Shown here: positions 60,353-64,000 of the stretch, in pieces
Numbering within the stretch: the stretch's first letter is position 1
How the letters are laid out: every line of letters starts with the position of its first letter
From: Alloascoidea hylecoeti
Taxonomy: Eukaryota
Direction: 5' to 3'
Assembly (NCBI GenBank): GCA_001600815.1
Contig: BCKZ01000002.1
Location: 310,001-374,000, forward strand
Length of the DNA stretch: 64,000 bases
Notes under the pieces: model-generated
What the model was told of the DNA's origin: nothing
Seen by the model: the letters and a program-made list of their open reading frames with translations, nothing else
The model's database searches: none
Program-made: the position numbers and the translations under genes

Positions 60353-62506
60353 TTGAAGATATATTTTTACTTTTCTGCTTTTAAAATTTGCATTTGGTTT
60401 TTCCTTTTCCCTTTTTCCTCAACTTTTTTTTAAACTCTAGAATATTTAATTATAAGTTTACCTAGATGTTTTATTTATTCATTTACTTTTACTATTATCT
60501 TTTGTTTCTAAAAGTGTATTTCTGTCAACCTTGATTCCTGAATTGTTACTACTTTCTTTCTTTTATTAAGAAAACAAAACAAAAAAACTATTATAACAAA
60601 AAAACAATTTTGAATCATAAAAACTAATCATTAGTCTTATAAATTGAAACATTAAAACATATACCTCTAGCTTTTCCTTTTAAAACACACACACACACAA
60701 ATTAAAACCTTCTTTTCTTTTATATATATATATCTATCTGTTTTACTATTACAATATTACAATTATTATTATTAATATTTTATCATTACTACCTTTATGT
60801 TTATTCATTATTTTATCTCTTTATAAATTTTTTTTTTTTATATTACCCACGATGGATGCTAACAACGATGAATTGAAAATGAACGAAAATGAAAACGAAA
60901 ATGAATTACAAGTAAATGAATATAAAAATTAAAATGAAAAACATTTTTTTTATGTTGTATGACAGTTTTATGAAAAGTTTGGAAACAATCAATTTCAATT
61001 TTAACCTACCTATCTATCTGAAATTTAAAAGTTTTGAGTTAAAAATAAACAACAGTTATTATGATAAAATGACATCTAGATCTACATTTTTTGATTGTAG
61101 TCTTGGAATTCAAGTTACAACCAAACAATGGTAATAAACTGAAACTTTCTGTGTTTAGAATTCACTTATTTAACAAATTTTGAATTATGATTGCTAAGAT
61201 TATTTGGTCTCCTCCTATTTTTTTAAACCATTTTATTTTTACCGATTTTGTTTGCGAATTTTTGTTAATGATTTTTATTTTGATATTTGATACTATACTC
61301 AATATTTTTTTTTCTCTATCCGTCTAAACTAGCTACTTTTACATCAATAGCAGTATTATGTTTTGAACTGTTTTTAGTTTTTAGCTTTCATGTTTTTTCT
61401 ACACTATTATTATTATATCATAATTAAATTACAATAAAATTAAATTAGTCAATGTATATATTCTTTTGAATTTTTTTTTTCTCTCTTTTGTTCTGCGACT
61501 GTATACCTTTAAACTACTATTCTCATTCTATATTTCATATCTCTAGTGTTCAACCATTTTGCTATATTGGATCTAATCAATTTTAGGAATATTGGCCTAC
61601 ATTTAACATGTTTGTTCAACAGATATCTTCCCAAAGTTGAGGATTTTTATAAATTTAAAAAAATTCAATGCATATGCATAATCATGATAAATGTAATTAA
61701 ATTATAATTTTTTGATTCTTTATAATCATCAATTGTAATACGATGACCATAATGATGCTTTAAAAGTTTGTTATTTTCTCTTCTACTCTTTTATAAATGA
61801 TTAAAACAGTCATAATTAACTCCGCTTCGCGTTAGGTTAAGCAGTTTCATTGTATGTTATAAGTTGTATGCAGACGATTCATTGAGACTTCTCCGATTCT
61901 GTTGTAAATGGACATCCATAACAGTGTGTCTTCATGTTCTGCAACTAATAGAACAATCAAATTATTTATATTTTTTCTTAACTTTTAGATCTTATAATTA
62001 AATTAATTAATGTAGTTTCATGTTGCACTATACTACAATGTTATGTTGCACCCAATCGAATCGGGTAAAACGAAGAACACCGCTCAGGTGCATCCCGTTG
62101 AGATGATTCAAATACAATCATTTTACTTAATTTCGGCCATTCTGGCACATTAATCATCTATCATTCCCATAATTCTGCATTATTAATATGCAGGGATATG
62201 GGGCAACTTCGGGCGCAGACACAGCCAAAAATTAGTTATGGAAATGGCCTAAATTAAGTAAAACGATATGCAGGTATACCTTAACTTATAATTAAGCTTT
62301 TAGACACATCAGTACCATGACAAGGAACGGAGAAACTAATTATGTACTTACTAATTTAAATCATTATAAATATACTTTGAGCTGTAAATAGATATGTGTT
62401 TTTGGAACGTAGGCCCTATATAGGCCATAGCTCTATCCAAAAAATAAATATAGGAATGTGAATAGCTAACAAACATGATGGATATAGACTTTAGTAGATG
62501 CTGCGC

Positions 62507-63586
62507 TTATGACTCTTGTTCGTCTAAAGTCTTAAACTCCCATTGGGGAGTGTCAGGTTTGAAAGGAACTCCTAATTCCAATAGTTTCGAATAAGCAGTA
62601 GAGAAATCATGAAAGAATAAATCAACATCATTTGCATATTTAATAGTCCATTGTTTAAAAGATTTATCTTTAATCATTTCATAATCTGTAGGTAACATCA
62701 TTAAGGATTTAGTTTTCACATCTTCATACTGAGCAGGACCATCCCATTTTCTCCATTGCCATTTTTCATCAACCAATAATTTATAGAAATCATTTGTAAA
62801 AGTAATAGGAGAGAAAGTCCATGGGCCATCAAATCCAGATCTATCAGTATGACATCTACCTAAAGCATGAGCGCCCATTAAAGCAACTATTTGCTGATCA
62901 TTAAAACCCATTCTATAAAAAATATCCCTAATATGTTTAGACCCCTTTGAAGCATCTGGTAGTCTGCCTAAAGGAGGTTGTTTTGTCTCATCTTGATCAA
63001 CACGACCAGCTCTCCACGGAATCTTCGGACCTTGCATTTCTTGGACAGCAGCAACACCACCTAAAGTCCACAAATCACCATAAGATAACCAAGGATTCTT
63101 CTCTTTAATCGGTTCTAAAAAATTTCTAGCGTGATCTAATCCATTATTAGCACCATCATTACCTTCAACCTTAAATCTCATTGTACCACCATACGAGCCA
63201 CCAGTTTTAGTAGCCTTGTCAAAAGTACCAGAGGAGTGCCATGCCAAACGAAGTAAAACAGGAGCATAAGAGCCATCATCGTACTCATCTTCATCAATCA
63301 GTTTCTGAGAAATAGCGTTATAGACCTTTTGATAGTCATCGAAAGTAGCAGTTTCGGCAGTTATAGCAGGAGAAGCAGCCTTAAAAGGAGAAGGTGAGTT
63401 GTTATAATAGTAATAGGCAGCGAACCCACCACCGCCAATTGTAGTAAGAGCAATAAGAGGTTTTAGAATTGAGTTTGATCCAGAAGTAGTATTAGTAGAG
63501 TTAAATCGAATAATACCCATCTTCTGTTTAAACATGGGATATGCTTTAAAAGCAGCCCTATAAAGGCCTTTTGACACAAATGGCAT
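62507..63586 (-). CDS. CCP1: Mitochondrial cytochrome c peroxidase
   Basis: [45 protein letters not shown]. Confidence 0.96.
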   Translation of the reverse strand: MPFVSKGLYRAAFKAYPMFKQKMGIIRFNSTNTTSGSNSILKPLIALTTIGGGGFAAYYYYNNSPSPFKAASPAITAETATFDDYQKVYNAISQKLIDEDEYDDGSYAPVLLRLAWHSSGTFDKATKTGGSYGGTMRFKVEGNDGANNGLDHARNFLEPIKEKNPWLSYGDLWTLGGVAAVQEMQGPKIPWRAGRVDQDETKQPPLGRLPDASKGSKHIRDIFYRMGFNDQQIVALMGAHALGRCHTDRSGFDGPWTFSPITFTNDFYKLLVDEKWQWRKWDGPAQYEDVKTKSLMMLPTDYEMIKDKSFKQWTIKYANDVDLFFHDFSTAYSKLLELGVPFKPDTPQWEFKTLDEQES

Positions 63587-63659
63587 TTGATAGAGGTCAA
63601 TTGAGTAGAAAAAGGGGGTATAAAAGAGGAGAAGGGATTAATTGAGATCTAGGATGAGC

Positions 63660-63690
63660 TGACTCAGCGTCTTTACGAGCCTCCCATTGG
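63660..63690. promoter_or_regulatory. AP-1-type TGACTCA and CCAAT box upstream of CCP1
   Basis: TGACTCA at 63660; ATTGG at 63686; consistent with oxidative-stress/respiration control. Confidence 0.35.
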
Positions 63691-64000
63691 CCCGTAAACA
63701 CCAGCACTGCACACAAACACCCAAACACTGGGGAAAAAAGAAGACGCAAAAATAAAAAAAATCAGTTGATTCCGATCGCAATGCCTTCCAAAACCTCCAT
63801 CATCACTTCTCTGGTTGCCGTCAGCGCTGGTACGTGTCCTCCCCGGAATTATGGCTCGGGCTGTTGGAACTCCTGCTCTGAAGTCTGATATTTACCGAAT
63901 TTTCCATCCCGATTATATGAAAGAACTTTGAATTTGTGGCTAACCATTATCGATTTAGTATCTTATTTGGTTTATTTCGATTACCAAAGACGTCACAGTG

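Noticed and set aside
1..64000. tRNA, rRNA, transposon or CRISPR features
   Set aside because: No tRNA cloverleaf, rRNA, transposase/RT ORF, LTR pair or spacer array recognised by eye

Overview
Eukaryotic, AT-rich, gene-dense fungal DNA. It looks like an intron-rich budding yeast (Saccharomycotina; species not determinable from sequence alone), with short GT-AG introns and CT(A/G)AY branch points. About 29 protein genes were reconstructed with exon structure: UBP15, DOA4, a GPI wall protein, AIM7, RPS13, RTR1, EMP65, COX15, MRPL6, MRPL9, CRM1, PHO81, a mitochondrial carrier, RKM3, GRX5, a DUF1748 gene, HCS1, ATP7, URB1, SNF11, LSM5, MAG1, DDI1, CCP1 and several unknowns. Many keep the neighbours their orthologs have in S. 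cerevisiae. The most interesting signals are non-coding. (1) A candidate telomerase RNA at about 45.0-45.8 kb has a 1.5-repeat template predicting a 14-nt telomere unit GGGCTGGTAATCTA, followed by a pseudoknot, a three-way junction and an Sm site. (2) A U87/SCARNA5-like composite C/D-H/ACA guide RNA for U5 snRNA loop 1 lies in a 3'-UTR intron. (3) There is a snR4-like acetylation-guide snoRNA. Also present: a VMS1 pseudogene, a catalytically dead DDI1, a truncated-CFEM wall protein with Aft-type iron boxes, and an Elongin-B-like orphan. All RNA identities come from manual pattern reading and recall of known families and need covariance-model or expression confirmation.
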